Numbered from the stretch's first letter, positions 34,627 through 48,270 are shown. The stretch: 64,000 nucleotides of DNA from Camelus dromedarius (GCF_036321535.1 NC_087437.1:93498001-93562000); one strand, 5' to 3'. The notes: a model not told the origin generated them from the sequence alone. A program made the numbers and translations.

Positions 34627-35964
34627 GTGAGTAATTGTAACATGAAGTGGTAATCTACTGCTGATATATGAAAATGGAGAAACAAATTAAAAACATCATT
34701 CAACTGAAATTTTAGACAGTATGGTAGAAAGCTGGGCTTCCAAATGCACAAGACTATCTACCTGAAAATATTTTGCATTCAGGTCATTATGTGAAATTCC
34801 TTCTCTAATAAATGGCAAGTGTTTCTACTGATAATTGATTAATATATCATTGTAGACTATATATATATATGAATAACTTCAAATTTTGATCCAAAAAACA
34901 CTTAATTATCCTACTAAGCAGGTGGCTTATGTTTCTAATTTACATTATGCATTAGTATATTATATTTTAAGTGATATTTGGCTAAAACATTATTGCAATG
35001 CTTTCTTGTGCTCTTCTTGATCCCATGGTAGAGATGAAAAAAGAACTGTGGAAATTTAAGTGAATGTAAACATTTTCACAAAGGAGTTTTTTAACATTAA
35101 CATTAAGTAGAGAGTTTTTAAAAAAGTGTTTTCTAACTACAGATCATCGAGTTCAGTGATTCTGAAACCTAGTCTGTCATAATGAACTTTTAGAAAATTC
35201 TGTTCTCACTCTATTTTGCTTAATCTGGTTCTCTGCATTTGAGCCAGGACACCTGTTACTTATTTATTAATAGTTTCTCAGGGGACTTTGATGATCCTTT
35301 CTTTTTTCACGTTTCTGATAGAATCCAGCTCCTCTTGTGGTTAGATGAGGAAATGGAGATTGGGAGAGCTAAGACAAATGTTCTCTGGGAGATTAGAGCC
35401 CTGTTTGATAGTCTGCTACATTGCTTAGCATCTTGGTTACTGTGTTGTCCTATTGCAGAGTACTCACAGATTTTGAGGGAGTATGGATTTAAAAAAAATA
35501 ATATTTAGATCACAGGATATAGCCTTTGAGAGATGAACTGATCTGTTTGACAACCCTAGGAGTCCCCTAGTGTATTAGCATATGAATTCTTCCTCTACCT
35601 AATGTTGTCAATATTACCTTGATATAAAAGGGCAGGTGAAAATTCATGAAAAAGTGAGTTTTACTCTCTCTGAGTTTCTTTAGAATTTTTATTTACTATT
35701 GCAGGCAATTTCTAATATTTCCTTTTTTTTACCTTCCCAATCCCTTGTTGCTCAGGGCAATTTCTGTTGAGGGGAAGTTTAAAAACAGATCACATAGATA
35801 TCAAATATTCTGGATATATTAACATTGACAGTAGTAGAGTTATCTGGTGATGTTGTAAATTACTTAATTAGCCAAAAGAGATATGTAGTGTGTGAAATTT
35901 TGTCAGAGAATGTATGAAACAATCGCGCAACAAATGAGGAAAATTTGTGTTCCTTGATTGGATG

Positions 35965-36620
35965 TTGCGGTATGATCTTGGGTATTTTAATTAACCTCTA
36001 TTTCTCTGTTTTCTCATAATTCGAATGGATCTATAGTAATTCATAACTCATAGGGTTGTTGTGAGACGTGGCAGGCATGGGATTGCAGCGCTCAGATCTC
36101 CTTCATTAAAACTGGCTGCAAAGGGCAGCAAAGTTGAGTGTTTTCCCCAGATGTCACCCTCTGGAGCCATCAGGGTGTTTGCATCGAAACCATCCTTCTC
36201 CCAGGGTTCTTCTCATCAATGACTGACCATGGCAGGGGTTCTAGTGTCCACCCATTCCGGAAGGATTCAGGGCTTCACTCACTGATAACTTTGGCTCAGG
36301 GACTACCACAGAGCGTGAGGAGTCTGTCTTCGTGCTGTGCTGCAGTCTGAGACTCTCCCTGCCCCATCATCTTTTCCCCCTTCTCCTTTCACAGGTGCCG
36401 TACCTGCTTTGGAGTCTGAAGGCTCCTCTTACATACTCCTGCTTCCTCACCTTTATCCTACATGGAACACTTCCCCTCAGAAATGTCTTTCATGTCCCAC
36501 CCTATCATAGTGCCTGCTACTTGGAGGACCCCAATTAAGACTTGGGAACAAATAATTAAATATTAGCAAAAATGTTTAGAATATTACTTGCACAACTAAG
36601 CACTCTGTAAGTGTTATCAT
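35965..36620 (+). mobile_element. MIR split by LTR insertion
   Basis: tgatcttggg...ttaacctct...ctcatagggttgttgtgaga, resuming after 36545 with ...taagcactc. Confidence 0.7.
36067..36541 (+). mobile_element. LTR16-family ERVL solo LTR
   Basis: gtggcaggca...gctcagatctccttca start; tgctacttggaggacccc..taagac end. Confidence 0.7.
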
Positions 36621-36638
36621 GTAAAAACAAATAAGTAG

Positions 36639-36925
36639 TGTGAAGAGGGTCAAAAAGCACAAACCTTCAGTTATAAAATAAATGAGTCATAGGGGACGTA
36701 ATGTGCAACATGGTGACTATAGTTAATAATACTATATTGTATATATGAAAGTTGCTAAGAGTAGATATTAGAAGTTCTTGTTATAAGAAAAAATTTTGGA
36801 AAAATAAAAGGTAATGAGTGTTGACTTATTGTGGTGATAATTTTCTCATGTATACAAATATCAAATCACTATGTTGTACACCTAAAATTAACATATTATA
36901 TGTCAGTTATACCTCAACTAAAAAT
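36639..36925 (+). mobile_element. L1MA9-like 3' UTR
   Basis: cagttataaaataaat...atggtgactatagttaataatac...gaaagttgctaagag...tatacctcaa. Confidence 0.9.
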
Positions 36926-37242
36926 AAGGCTTTGAATAATACTATGAATGATTTTATTAGATATGTATTCAAGAGATCATCTCAAAAGAGGTATAAGAAA
37001 TATTATTGTTGAACATAACAAAACATGTCATTACTGACCATTTTACTGTAAGTGTTATTTTGGCAATTGAGTTTCCAAGCTTTTGGCATAAAAAGTAAGT
37101 GGTAAACTTATTTAGTGAAACAAGCAATTATGTCACAATTACTTTAATTTCCTGTTAAACCTTTGCTGAATGTTGAGAAACACAACTTGTAGAGCAAATG
37201 CACCATTATAATCTCAGCTTTCCATGTACTGTATCTAGATGC

Positions 37243-37320
37243 TTTGGTTTATTTAGCTTGGTAGAGCATTAATAGAAGAGTCAGCAGCATGGGCTTAATT
37301 CACATTAGGCTCTGAGTTGT
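37243..37320 (+). mobile_element. Possible MamSINE1/tRNA-derived head (very degraded)
   Basis: tggtttatttagcttggtagagca...catgggcttaattc resembles A/B boxes. Confidence 0.25.
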
Positions 37321-39469
37321 GGTATGCAACAATCAAAAGTCAAAAGACTCTGCTTTGAAGAATGCTCTTTCATATTGGGTGGGGGAAAGATGGAGAAATG
37401 CGGAGAGTTAAACAGTTATATTTATAGAAGAACCAAGGATATTTAATACAAATTAAAACAGACAACTTCTTATAGCCAAAGTAGCTCAACATGGAGTTAT
37501 TTATAAAGATCATCTGCCCATAAAATGTTATTAAAATTATAAATTATCTCCTGAAAATGATTTTTGACAATTTACATAATTCTTTTTAATTTATCAACTT
37601 TTGTTCTACAAACTCTATGAAATATTTATTGAATTTTCTTATGTAAAACTTACGTATGAAAGGAAAACTGTTCCCAATTCATGCCAGAGCTTTTCCTATT
37701 GCTCTTTTAGCATTTGATTAGTGAGTTTTTAGCAAGACACAATCCTCTGGGCTAAAGTGAGGTGGAAAAATTGCGTTTGCGTACTAGCACTGTCACTTGG
37801 TAAACTCATGATCTTGGACTTTTCCAAACCTACACTTAGCTATCAAATGATAATTTTATATATTTTGTATTAATAGTTATGGATATTGATATTCATTTTT
37901 ATATTACCTGAAAATGATGCTGGTATGAGTGCTCTTCTGTGTGCATTATTTTCTTTTCTATTCTTTTCCCACCCTTCTCTGCCATGTATTATGAAATTGG
38001 TGGTTAATCCATCTAAAGCTGTTTCCAGCCTAAAACTCACTTGGCTTAAAGTAATTAATCTTGTGTTGGTTTTTAGCCTCATTACTCAAACTGATAGGCC
38101 CTTCAGCAGAATAGGAAACAGAGAATTGTGCTGAGTAGCAAGAAAATGAAGGATTTGGGCCAATTTCATGTTTCACAGGTCTTTCCAGTCTCATGGGTAT
38201 TTTAATACTCTCCTCATTGCTCTCTGAGGCCTTATGTGCCCTCAGGTAGTGAGGAACCCAGGCAAGATGTCTCCAGGTAACTGGCTGTAATCTCCTTCTG
38301 CTGCTTTAGCATCCAGAGGGAGCTGCCAGGAGCTGGAGCTTGAGGAAGCAAATGAAAGTAGTGGGTTTCTACAAATTTTACCTACACCCAGCCACTCCGC
38401 TGATCTTCTAACAGGAACAAACTCATACAAAATATTCAGCAGAAGAAGAATAAAAGGGAAAACAAATAACTGGGAGGAAAGGGGAAGGGGGCTCAAAGTT
38501 GAGAAAGAGAATAAAGGGAACACTGCCCTTTGCTCACTTCCAGATCAAGAATCTGAGAAGGCGCTCCCACTGGCGTAAACGCTACCACTTTCCCAGTTAG
38601 AGTCCTAGGTTTCCACAATGCACTCCTTTACTGTGCAACTCATACTGGTAAGAATCATTGTATAAAAACCAATGACTCAGTTTGTTCTAAACTACTCACA
38701 AAAGTCTGATTTCCATAAAGGAGCATGGAATTTTCGAATACACCTTTTGAGCTTAGAGAATATTGATGTTTATATCTAATCTTGATTAATCTTCACAATG
38801 AATGTAGGGTGAAAACTATTCATGTCTAATAGATGGAAAAGTTGGGGCTGCAAATGGTTATATAGTTTGACCAAATTCGTGCATTTAGTAAGAACACTTG
38901 GACTTAAATCCCAATATCTTTATACTTTATTACCTCTCTTCAAAATTTCCAACAATTTACCCCAATCACTTCAAAAAGAAATTGCTTATTTTAAAGCAGT
39001 AGAAGTTCAGCCTGAAGGAAAAAACAAAGTTTCTTACCTTCTCTCTTCTTAAGCCACCTATATTTCTTCCCCAAACACTGCTCTCTAAGCTTGTATTTTT
39101 CTTCTTCTCTATTTTAAAATAGAAAAGCAAACATTTCGTGCTTTCCTTAACTTCCTACTACTAAACCGCCAACTTATGTGCATTTATTCTCATACTCCTC
39201 AGCTTCCCATCGATATTAACAATAAATATCACTACTTCTATTAAATGCCCATCCTTTGGTTTCTTGCAAATTTCACTCCTAATACTACTGTCATAGATTT
39301 CTGGCTTTATTCTGGAACTTGCAATCCAGATTACAAATGTACGCTGGTATATCCATTCTTAAACATACATAACAACCGACAGTCCAAAAGATAAACATAA
39401 ACACAAACATTTCTTAATGGTTCATCCCTCTCTAAAGCAGTTCCTATGTTCATTTCAAAATAAAACTTC

Positions 39470-39570
39470 TATATGTAAGTTATATGTATATAAGTACATT
39501 TAATATATATATCACCTACATGTATATATGTAATATACATATATTACATATAAATATATATACATATATT
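39470..39570. repeat. (TA/CA)-rich low-complexity tract
   Basis: Direct reading. Confidence 0.85.
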
Positions 39571-39589
39571 ACAAAGGTGTTTATTATAT

Positions 39590-40990
39590 CATCTTCATTT
39601 ACATATTTCCCACTCACTACATTTGAGCTCTATTCCCCAAACTCCAATGAGACTGCCCTCGTCAAGGTGACCAATGAATTTCACGGTGACTAACTCAATT
39701 ATCTTTTCTCTGTGCTTGATATCTCAGCATCCACAGCTGATCAACTATCCTTGATACAACTTTCTCCTATTTCTGCTCATAATACTATACTTTTCTGAAT
39801 ACTTCATAAGTACCCACTTCTTAGACTTTTTTTTAGCTTCTTCTCTTCTGTAGGTGAAAATAGCCCAGGTCTCTCTCAAGGAGCTGCTTTATTTTTCCAC
39901 CAAATTGATGGCTTTCATAGACTCATGGCTTTAAATGCTATTGATCTGGTAATGACTCACCACAAACTCATTTATCCAATTGCTATTTGACATCAACATA
40001 TAGGTGTCTAATAAGTAACTCACATGTGTTTGGCATAGTCACTCCTTTTATAGTCTATTTCATTTTATTAAAGTTATCACCACTCCCAGGATAGTTTAAG
40101 CCAGAACTCCAAGAGTTATCTTTAATTCATTTCTTACCCTGACTCTCTAACTTCCAATCCATCAGTCAATTCTGTTGATTCTACCTCTAAATAACCAAAA
40201 TTGGCCCACTTTTTCTTATGTTTTTCTTTTTGTTTTCTATGTAATTATGACCTACCTGCCAGGACCCAGAAAAGGAAGAGAAATCCACTTAAGCAGGTTA
40301 AAATTGATAGAATAAAGGAACAATATCAGTGGGTTGAATAGAATTGAAGGAGGTTATAGGGGATATTTGGACACTCAGGACTGGCAGCAGCAAGTTGCTG
40401 TAACATGCCCAGGCTTGGATTTTCAAGAAGAAGAAATGCTCTAAAATCCAGTGGGAGCTGGATTTCTCAAAGAGGGGCTGCCCAGCAGGAAGGAGCTGCA
40501 GTCATCACACCTGTTGCTTCTGTAATGCAGCAGGAAGAGAGCAGTGGGAAGGAAAAAAACTTACTGTTCTGCCTTTCTGTCTTCCTTTACCATGTTGAGG
40601 GCTATGGCAAACAGAGCTGAAAGAGAGAAAGCAGTGAAGCCTGTGTGGCGCAGTCCTTAGGGGTTGGCATCCTAGGCCATAGAGTAGGGCAGAGGAGGGT
40701 GCAAATGACCTGGGGAAAACAGTGAGTAACCAGGACACCTTTCTAGAACAAGTCACCGATCTCTAACCCCAACTCCTGCAATCACTTCCCAATAGGTATA
40801 ATTGCTTGGTTTATGTAGTTAGTAATATTGCTGTAATCCATTCTCCAAATGGCAGTCCAAGGGATATTTGTGAAACACTAATCAGACCATATCATGCTCC
40901 TGCTTAAAATCCTTAAAGTACTATGCAAAATACTTACACTGGCTCGCCAAGGCCCATAGTACCTGGTCCTTGTTTTCCGTTTTAAACTCC
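39590..40990 (+). mobile_element. L2 LINE (RT-region remnant), interrupted by LTR
   Basis: ORF 39484-39693 contains SNETALVKVTN (L2 STETAL.KV.ND motif); caatccatcagtcaattctgttgattctacct; atcagaccatatcatgctcctgcttaaaatcctt. Confidence 0.85.
40250..40738 (-). mobile_element. LTR67B-like ERVL solo LTR
   Basis: caggacccag..ggaa start; ggactggcagcagc; agagtagggcagaggagggtg...accaggaca end. Confidence 0.6.
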
Positions 40991-41410
40991 TGTGATGGAT
41001 TGGTTACTATTGATTAATGCATTATTCCCTGACTTCTTTGCCTTATGACCCACTCAATTTGGATTTGGCCATTTGTCTTCCTTTAAGCAGTGTGAAATGA
41101 ATGAATATGATTTATACTAAGTATAACCAAATGTGCGTAAACCAAGTGCTTGCATGGAAATGCTTGGTTTCCGGTGGTTTTGACCTCTATCATGAGAAAA
41201 CATGCCCCAGAAAGTTATGGGTACAAGACTGAAGATAGAACCAAATTGAACCTAAGCTACAAGTTCAACTGGAGCCAAGTTCAGCCAAGCCTAAAAGATG
41301 TCAGATTTTTTTTTTCTTCATGAGGGAATAAAAATATTAATTGTACACAGCTGAAATATTGAGTTGTTTGATAGCAAACATTTTGGCAGCAGAAACATTT
41401 TTAAACTAAT
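40991..41410 (+). mobile_element. MLT1H-like MaLR LTR
   Basis: tgtgatgg start; catgagaaaacatgcccc; ctggagccaag..cagccaagcct; aataaa. Confidence 0.65.
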
Positions 41411-41564
41411 CTTGACCATCCTTCCCTGAATTCATATATTCATATGCTCTAACATAAATTGCTAACTTTCTCTACCCCCTACATACTAAGATCCATTACA
41501 TCAGTTTATAATGGTCTGTCTTTTGACCATTTATGGCCACTTTTTTCTTTTCATTAAAGAATAT

Positions 41565-42066
41565 TCTCATGACTTGCAAACAAATGTTTATAGCAGTTTT
41601 ATTTGCAATAAACAAATATGGAAAGCTCCAAGTGTCTATGGGTAGATTAGTGGATACAAAAACTCTTACATACCCATACAATGAGATACTACTTAAAAAA
41701 AAGTAAAAAAAAAAAAAAAAGTGTTGATACATTCAACAACATTACTAAACCTCAAAATAATGATGAGAGTGAAAAAGCCACATGAATCTGGAGTACATAT
41801 TCTATGATTCCATTTATATAAAATTCTAGAAATATAAACTAATCCATAGTCACAAAGAGCAGATTAGTTAGTACCTAGGGGTGCTGTGGAAAGGGGTGAG
41901 ATTGATTACAAGAGGGTGCAAAGAAACTTTTCAGGTTGATTGAAATGTTAATTTTCTTAATAGTGGTGGAAGTTTCTTGGATGTATACATGTGTCTAAAC
42001 ACATCAAACTATACACTTTAGATGTGTAGCTTATTTTGCATAAATCACATCTCAAATGAATAAAGT
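41565..42066 (+). mobile_element. L1MC/MD-type 3' end
   Basis: aatgtttatagcagttttatt...tatgattccatttatataaaattctagaaa...aaactaatc. Confidence 0.85.
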
Positions 42067-42214
42067 GAAGGGTTTCTTACATAGAAACCTATTCCCATTT
42101 CTACCCCACTGCTCACAAGTATATGATTTTTTGTAGAAAAAAATTCTAAAAATTATTTAGTTGTGAGCAGTAAGGTGGAAATGGGAATTACTTGGTTTTT
42201 TTATCTTTAAAAAA

Positions 42215-42670
42215 AAATTCCCACAATGTACATTTCATACCTGTGACTCATTTATTTTGCAACTGGGAGTTTGTACCTCTTAATCTCCTTCAACTGTTTC
42301 TTTCTTCCTTCTACCCACCTCCCTTCTGGCAACCACCTGTTTGTACCTGTGACTCTGTTTTTCTTTTGTTACATTGGCTCATTTTTTGTGGTATTTTTTA
42401 GATTTCACATATAAGTGAAATAATACACCATTCGTCTTTCTCTGTTTGACTTGTTTCACTTATCATAATATCGTCTAGGTCCATTCATGCTGCTGCAAAT
42501 GGGACGATTTCATTCTTGTTTTATGGCTAAGTAACATTCCATTGTATAGATAAATACCATGTCTTCTTTATCCATTCATCTATTCATGAGTACTTAGGTT
42601 GTTTCCATATTTTGTCTAATGTAAATGATGTTGCAATGAATATAGTGGTATGTGTATCTTTTCTAACTAG
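42215..42670 (-). mobile_element. L1 3' end fragment
   Basis: catttcatacctgtgactcattt...tagatttcacatataagtga...ctttatccattcatc. Confidence 0.9.
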
Positions 42671-42953
42671 AGTTATGCTAAGTGAAATAAATCAGATAAA
42701 GACAAATGCTGTATGATAACACTTATATTTGGATTCTAAAATATTACAACAAACTAGTGAACAAAACAAAACAAAAAAAGCACACTCACAGATATTGAGT
42801 ACAAATTAGTGGTTACCAGTGGGGAGAGAGAAGAGAGGGGGCAATAGAGGGGTGGGGGAAAAAGGGTTATTATATGAAATTGTGAGTGTGTGAAACTTGA
42901 AAATTATAAAGCACTATGGAATTTAAAGAATCTTTCATTCAATTTGAAAAAAA
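42671..42953 (+). mobile_element. L1 3' end fragment, head-to-head with the previous element
   Basis: ttatgctaagtgaaataa...ctcacagata...gtggttaccagtggggag...gaatttaaagaatctttcattcaat + A tail. Confidence 0.88.
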
Positions 42954-43275
42954 GTGAAAGATAAAAAGATGATACCTAAAACAAGTGGATTCTGGATTCT
43001 TTTTATTTGAAGTATAGTTGATTTGCAATATTATGTCAGTTTCAGGTGTACAACAAAGTGATAAAAAATAAAAATAAAAATAAAACTTCTCCAGAGTAAA
43101 GGAAGAAAACAAGGGGAGAGTATAAACACTCTGAAGTAAGTGTATTTGCATACTGTATGTAACTGTTAACAGCCTGAACATTTTCTCTCATTTTTGGTAG
43201 TTGCAGATTGATGTAGCTGTCATTTAGCAAATTCGGAATGCAAGATGAATGCTATAGCACTTTGCTACCAGTATC

Positions 43276-43730
43276 TGTAAGGGTTAATTTTTCCAGTGTA
43301 ACAAACTATCCCCAAAACTCAGTTGGCTTAAAACAACAGCCACTTACTTAGTTCATGTTTTTACAGTATAGATCCTCTGGGAAGGACCGGGCTTGGCTGA
43401 GCTCGCTCAGACATTGGTCCTGGAAGATCTCACTCTAGTGTCCTGCAGTCAGTTGCCTGTCAGCTGGGTCCATGGACTGGGACCTTGTGTTGCACATCAA
43501 CCACCAGGCTATCTTGGCTTCTTCACATGTCACAGGTTTCCAAGAGCAATTAGAAGAAAATTAAGCTCAAATACACAAGCATTTTCACAGGTGTGTTTCA
43601 GATTTGCAACAAAGCTTTGGACCGAAATGCATTACATAATTAAGACCAGAGCCAGTATAGAGGTTATTGTCCAAGTGTGTAGATAATGGGAGATGTGAAC
43701 AAATTGGGAGCCTTTTGTTTAACAATGTAA
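43276..43730 (-). mobile_element. MLT1G/H-like MaLR LTR
   Basis: tgtaacaaactatccccaaaactcagttggcttaaaacaacagc. Confidence 0.8.
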
Positions 43731-43904
43731 GTACAAAATTATCTCACCTCCCCTGTTACACTTAAATTTTTGTTAGCGATATCATTATTTTTAGTTCTTT
43801 GTTAAATGACATTTATAACTTGGTATAAGGTACCTACTAAGCCTCTGATTCTTGATTTATGAACATTAGATAGTATTGCTTCCCTTTGTTTACATGTACG
43901 CCTA

Positions 43905-44126
43905 ACTCTAGGCTAAGTTATCCTGTGGTAATAATGAACATAAAAATCTCTGTCAATTGAAAAAAGGTTTATCTTTCGCTTACTATAGCATGAGTCAGCA
44001 CATGGGGAGGGGTGACGGTGGGCTTTTCCTTCATGTTATTACTGGGGCAAGATACTGCCACTCTACCATGTGCCTGGGAGGGGAGTGAAGACCGAGTATG
44101 AGCAAACAAGACTAATAATTACCACA
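43905..44126 (-). mobile_element. MLT1J/L-like MaLR LTR (internally deleted)
   Basis: aggctaagttat..tgtggtaa...aaaggtttat...; ctaccatgtgcctgg...ctaataattaccaca. Confidence 0.6.
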
Positions 44127-45403
44127 CTATGAGATGCAACGAAATTGGAACCACTACACTTCTCTAGTTTAATTCGAGTCCGACTTCTGTATTGGTTATT
44201 CATTTTATATTAAGCATATTGCAGCACATTATCATTTAGGCGATTTAAATTTCATGTACTCCTTCAACAATAGAGAGGCTAATTTGGAACTTCTAATCAT
44301 ATTATCTTCATAATCTTTTACTTAGACACATTACTTCACTGATAGAAATTATCTACTTACCCAAGGTGTCTTTATAGCTGATACAACCTCCCTATGAATT
44401 GCTCCTAATGCTACCCAATATTCAAAAGATCACTTTGTTAACAATCGTGCAAGTGTGTGCAGAGACTATCAAATATCTTGTCCTGCCAGGGAGACTTACT
44501 CACTTTCAAAATGTCTTTTGGCAGACAAATTCCAGATTTTTGGAATTTTCTTCCTCCCAGTGAACTGAGAAGTGAAATTTAGAAATTTTGGGTATCTAAA
44601 CCAGTTTTCCTCTAACTGGTTAGCTGCTTAAAATAATATCTGAAATTCTTCTTATGTATTTCGTGGTTCCTTTCTTACATCTTCAAGATACAATTTTTTG
44701 AAGTCCATGAGTCCCAGAAACTTACGCATTTTTCACAGACACCCCAGGTAATCTGTCATATGAAGGAAACGGGGGACTAGATAATTTGGGAGATTTAATT
44801 CACTTTTAATAATGCCACTCTTGTACTTAATAAAGAAAGGATATACTGCTTTTCAAACAGCACTCTAAGGTTGAGAGCAGTCTCTTTCTTAGTCAAGGTA
44901 AAAGCACTTTGAGATTATGCCTTTCAGAGTTTCTCATGTTACTGAAAGTTGCAAACTAAATTTTGTGTATAATATGCCACAAATAAACTCTGATCATAGC
45001 AGGGATTCTCTATAACCAACCTACATATGCATTGCAGTGGTCCTACCTTGACCTTTTCTCAAGAATATGTGCACATCTATGGGATATGGGAAGTTTTTGT
45101 ACTTGCTCCATCTGAATTTAGTAGCAGTGTAGCTGCTAGTGTGTAAGTATTGCATCCAGAGCACACTCGGGCAGCTTATTTTGAGAAGCAAACATTGTAA
45201 CTCCAAATAATTTTTCTTAATCTAGTTTATTAATTTAGTTGGAGATAACTAAGATGGCGCAGTGCTTTGTTGCTTCTTTAAAAGCAAATCTTACACATAA
45301 TGTAATACTTCTGCCTTCCTTAGAAAAGGTCCCTCTTGACAAATTCTATGACCTTTTATTGAAGATGTTTTTGGTATTACTAAATTTTATTAAATTGGCT
45401 CTC

Positions 45404-45615
45404 TTTTTTTTTTTGGTAAACTTTATTGAAATATAATATTTACAGAGAAAAGTTAACATATCCTAAGTGTAGCGTTTGGTGAATTTTCACACAGTGAAAC
45501 ACCTGCGTAATCGGCACCAACACCAAAAAGTAGAACATTACCAACGCCCAGAAATCCCCCTCCAACCTTCTTCAAGTTAGCACTTCACAAAAGAAAGCCT
45601 CTAACGTCTAAAATT
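45404..45615 (-). mobile_element. L1MD/ME-type 3' end
   Basis: T-run, actttattgaaatataa...gtgaattttcac...tagaacattacca. Confidence 0.8.
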
Positions 45616-46869
45616 TGTGACTTCTAATGCAGTATATTTATAAAATCATAAAACATGAAATTTGACAAATAAGTTCAGGAATATTTGGGGAACAGGTTTA
45701 TTTAATATAAACCAATTATGATATAAACAGCTGGATGAAAAAGAACTTGGAAGGAAAACTGCCATAAAGGGCAAGTTGAACTTGAAAAGAACAACAACAA
45801 AAAATTATTTCCATTTGTTCTCACTGGGAGGTGTATGATGTCAAATGACCAAATTACTTTTGGAAAAGTGGTCCATAGGTTAGGTTTATAATAAGTGCGG
45901 TCTCATTTTTACAATGCCATTTATTTCCTCAGGGTAGTGCAAAACAAGGACAATTTTTAGCAAAATGAATAATGCTTAAGGAAAAAATCCTTCCTGTTCA
46001 AGCTGTTAGGGGATACAGATGGCATAGTGCAGAGAAACACAATTTTAACCTTGCATTTTCCAAGGTTTTACCAGCTATTACGCTCATCTATGCTTTGGGG
46101 GAGTTCATTCTCTGCGAACATAATAGCAAAGATTCGCCTCCCTAATATTCTGGTCCATCTAATAGAGAAATTAGGGCCACCATTAGTCTGGGAAGAGCTT
46201 TGCAGAGTGAGTCATTTAATGTCTAAAAGCTGTAAAGCCTTTTGCCCAGATGGATGATGGGTATACATGTTGGCTAGCTTTCCAAAGTATGAATGATTAG
46301 GCTGGAACCTTTTCTGAGTGCTTTTCTTTCTATTTTAAATCACAGCAGGAAGGTCATGGTCACGGGTAAAAGAGTGTCCAAACTTAGTGATTCAAGCCAC
46401 ATATGGAGAATGAACAGGCTCAGGGCAAGGAGACATGATGCTGGTTTAGCATCTTACCTGTGTCCATACAACACTGGGCAACTTCCCTGAAATATCTTTC
46501 AATTAATTTAAGATATTTTAGCAAAGTCTGTTGATTAGGTTTAGCTTGTAAAACTCAACTATGCATCTCTCCTGTCGTTCCCACTGCTGAATTACAATTT
46601 GGACATCATTTTTTTAGGGGGTGGGGGACTGATTTTGAAGCCTCTTGTCTCAGAAAGACTTTCTCACTTTGGAAGTCAGAGGGATGGAATCTCAAAGTGA
46701 CCTGTCCATACTGGAATACCAGTTGTTCAATTTGAAAACTTAGGACTGGTTGGTGAGCATGAGAGGAGAGTCCCAACGTTCTCCCTTGGTTTTCCAGCTT
46801 CAGACACATGATTAGCGGTGCCTCGGATACCCCATAACTTCATGAGAAGCCTTTCAGGATGATGGCGAA

Positions 46870-47070
46870 ATCAGATGATCCAAAGTTAGGCTCTCTGGAT
46901 TTGAATCTCAGTGCTCATATTTACTAGGTACATACCATGAGCATTAATATCCTTACTCACAAATTAATAATAATAATGATAATAATGTTAAGTTATAGGT
47001 ATATCATGAAAATTAAATGAACTAATATATTTTGTTTACAAAGGTGCTTAAGCCCTAGAAAAGTATTTTT
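46870..47070 (+). mobile_element. MIR SINE
   Basis: tggatttgaatctcag...tttactag...gaaaattaaatga...gtgctta. Confidence 0.6.
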
Positions 47071-47720
47071 TGTATGTTTCTTAATGTTATGTAGGGCTCC
47101 CTGTTTTGTATTGGTCTGTTTCTGACCTGGGACTGCATCCTGGTTTTACTTATCTTCTCATTTTTCTCATCAGATATACTGATCCTACTCTCTGCTAGAT
47201 ATATATCAATAGATTGCTCCTAGCTTGTATCTCTACTCTCAAAAATAATGCCAGTAAGTATACACATATGATTTAAAAGATATTTTGTGACTAAAACTGT
47301 TTATAAGCATTCACACTACAAGTCAATGTAAAATAGACTTTAACTCATATGGGCATTTTGATAAAACTCAAATCTCACTGTGTGTTTCTGTTAGCAATGC
47401 ACAGGGTAGACCCTGAATAAAATATTTGGATATAAACTCTCTTTAACTCAGTGTTAATTTCCTGCATCTTTTAAATGATTCTACTGGATTCAATTAATGA
47501 TGCAAAAATTCTGAAAAAAATTTTAAAACTTAAAAACTATATTTATAGGCCACGCTATAGAAGGGATATTTGATTGCCGTCCATGATTTGATTCCAGACC
47601 ATTGCCATTTCCAAACAAAAAAGAAGGAAGAGAAAAAGCAAGTTCGGGGTAAGGGGTACTGTCAGTAATGAGATGGTGAGGGCATCACATACAACTTTAC
47701 CGGACACACTCTACTGAATG

Positions 47721-47859
47721 CAATGGAATCACAGAACTGAATTTTGCTGCTGTAGAGTCTAAGAAATACAGTTTTCAGCTGTGTAACTGTCTCCTAAGCT
47801 TAAACTGATGTGAGATGGTAAGGAGCAGAATCGATTATTGAAAGACAGAAGGAAAGGAA
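47721..47859 (+). repeat. 139-bp direct repeat, copy 1
   Basis: 130/139 identical, ungapped, to 50050-50188. Confidence 0.95.
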
Positions 47860-47945
47860 AAAGAAAAGAAGGAAGGAAGAGATGAAGGGAGTAAGGAAGG
47901 GAGAAAGAAAAGGAGAGAGAGGAAAGAAAAAAATAGGAAAATAGG
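47850..47945 (+). repeat. GA-rich (purine) low-complexity tract
   Basis: Direct reading. Confidence 0.85.
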
Positions 47946-48124
47946 TAGATGGAGATGACATTTCTCTATTACAAATATTTAGGTTTCCTTGTTATGAGAT
48001 TAAGTCATATATGTGCTATTATGATTCAAAGCATTATATCCTGTTCTTGGTAATACACACCTGGCAACTCCTTTTCCCGTGAGCTTTACATGGTTGGAAG
48101 ATAACCTAGTGCCACTTCTTGACT

Positions 48125-48270
48125 CATCAGTCAAGTAACTTAGATTTTGATCCCAGTTTGTCCTCTGTGAAACTACAGTCATGCCATTTAATCTTGATGC
48201 ATTTCAGTTTCTACCTCCATAAAATGAAGGGCTGGATCAGATTATTGCCATAGTATACTTTAAGTTTAAA
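48125..48270 (+). mobile_element. MIR/MIR3 fragment
   Basis: ccatttaatct...tcagtttctacctccataaaatgaagggctggatcaga. Confidence 0.65.

Noticed and set aside
38560..38578. Second CTCF-like motif
   Set aside because: Spacing does not fit the core consensus
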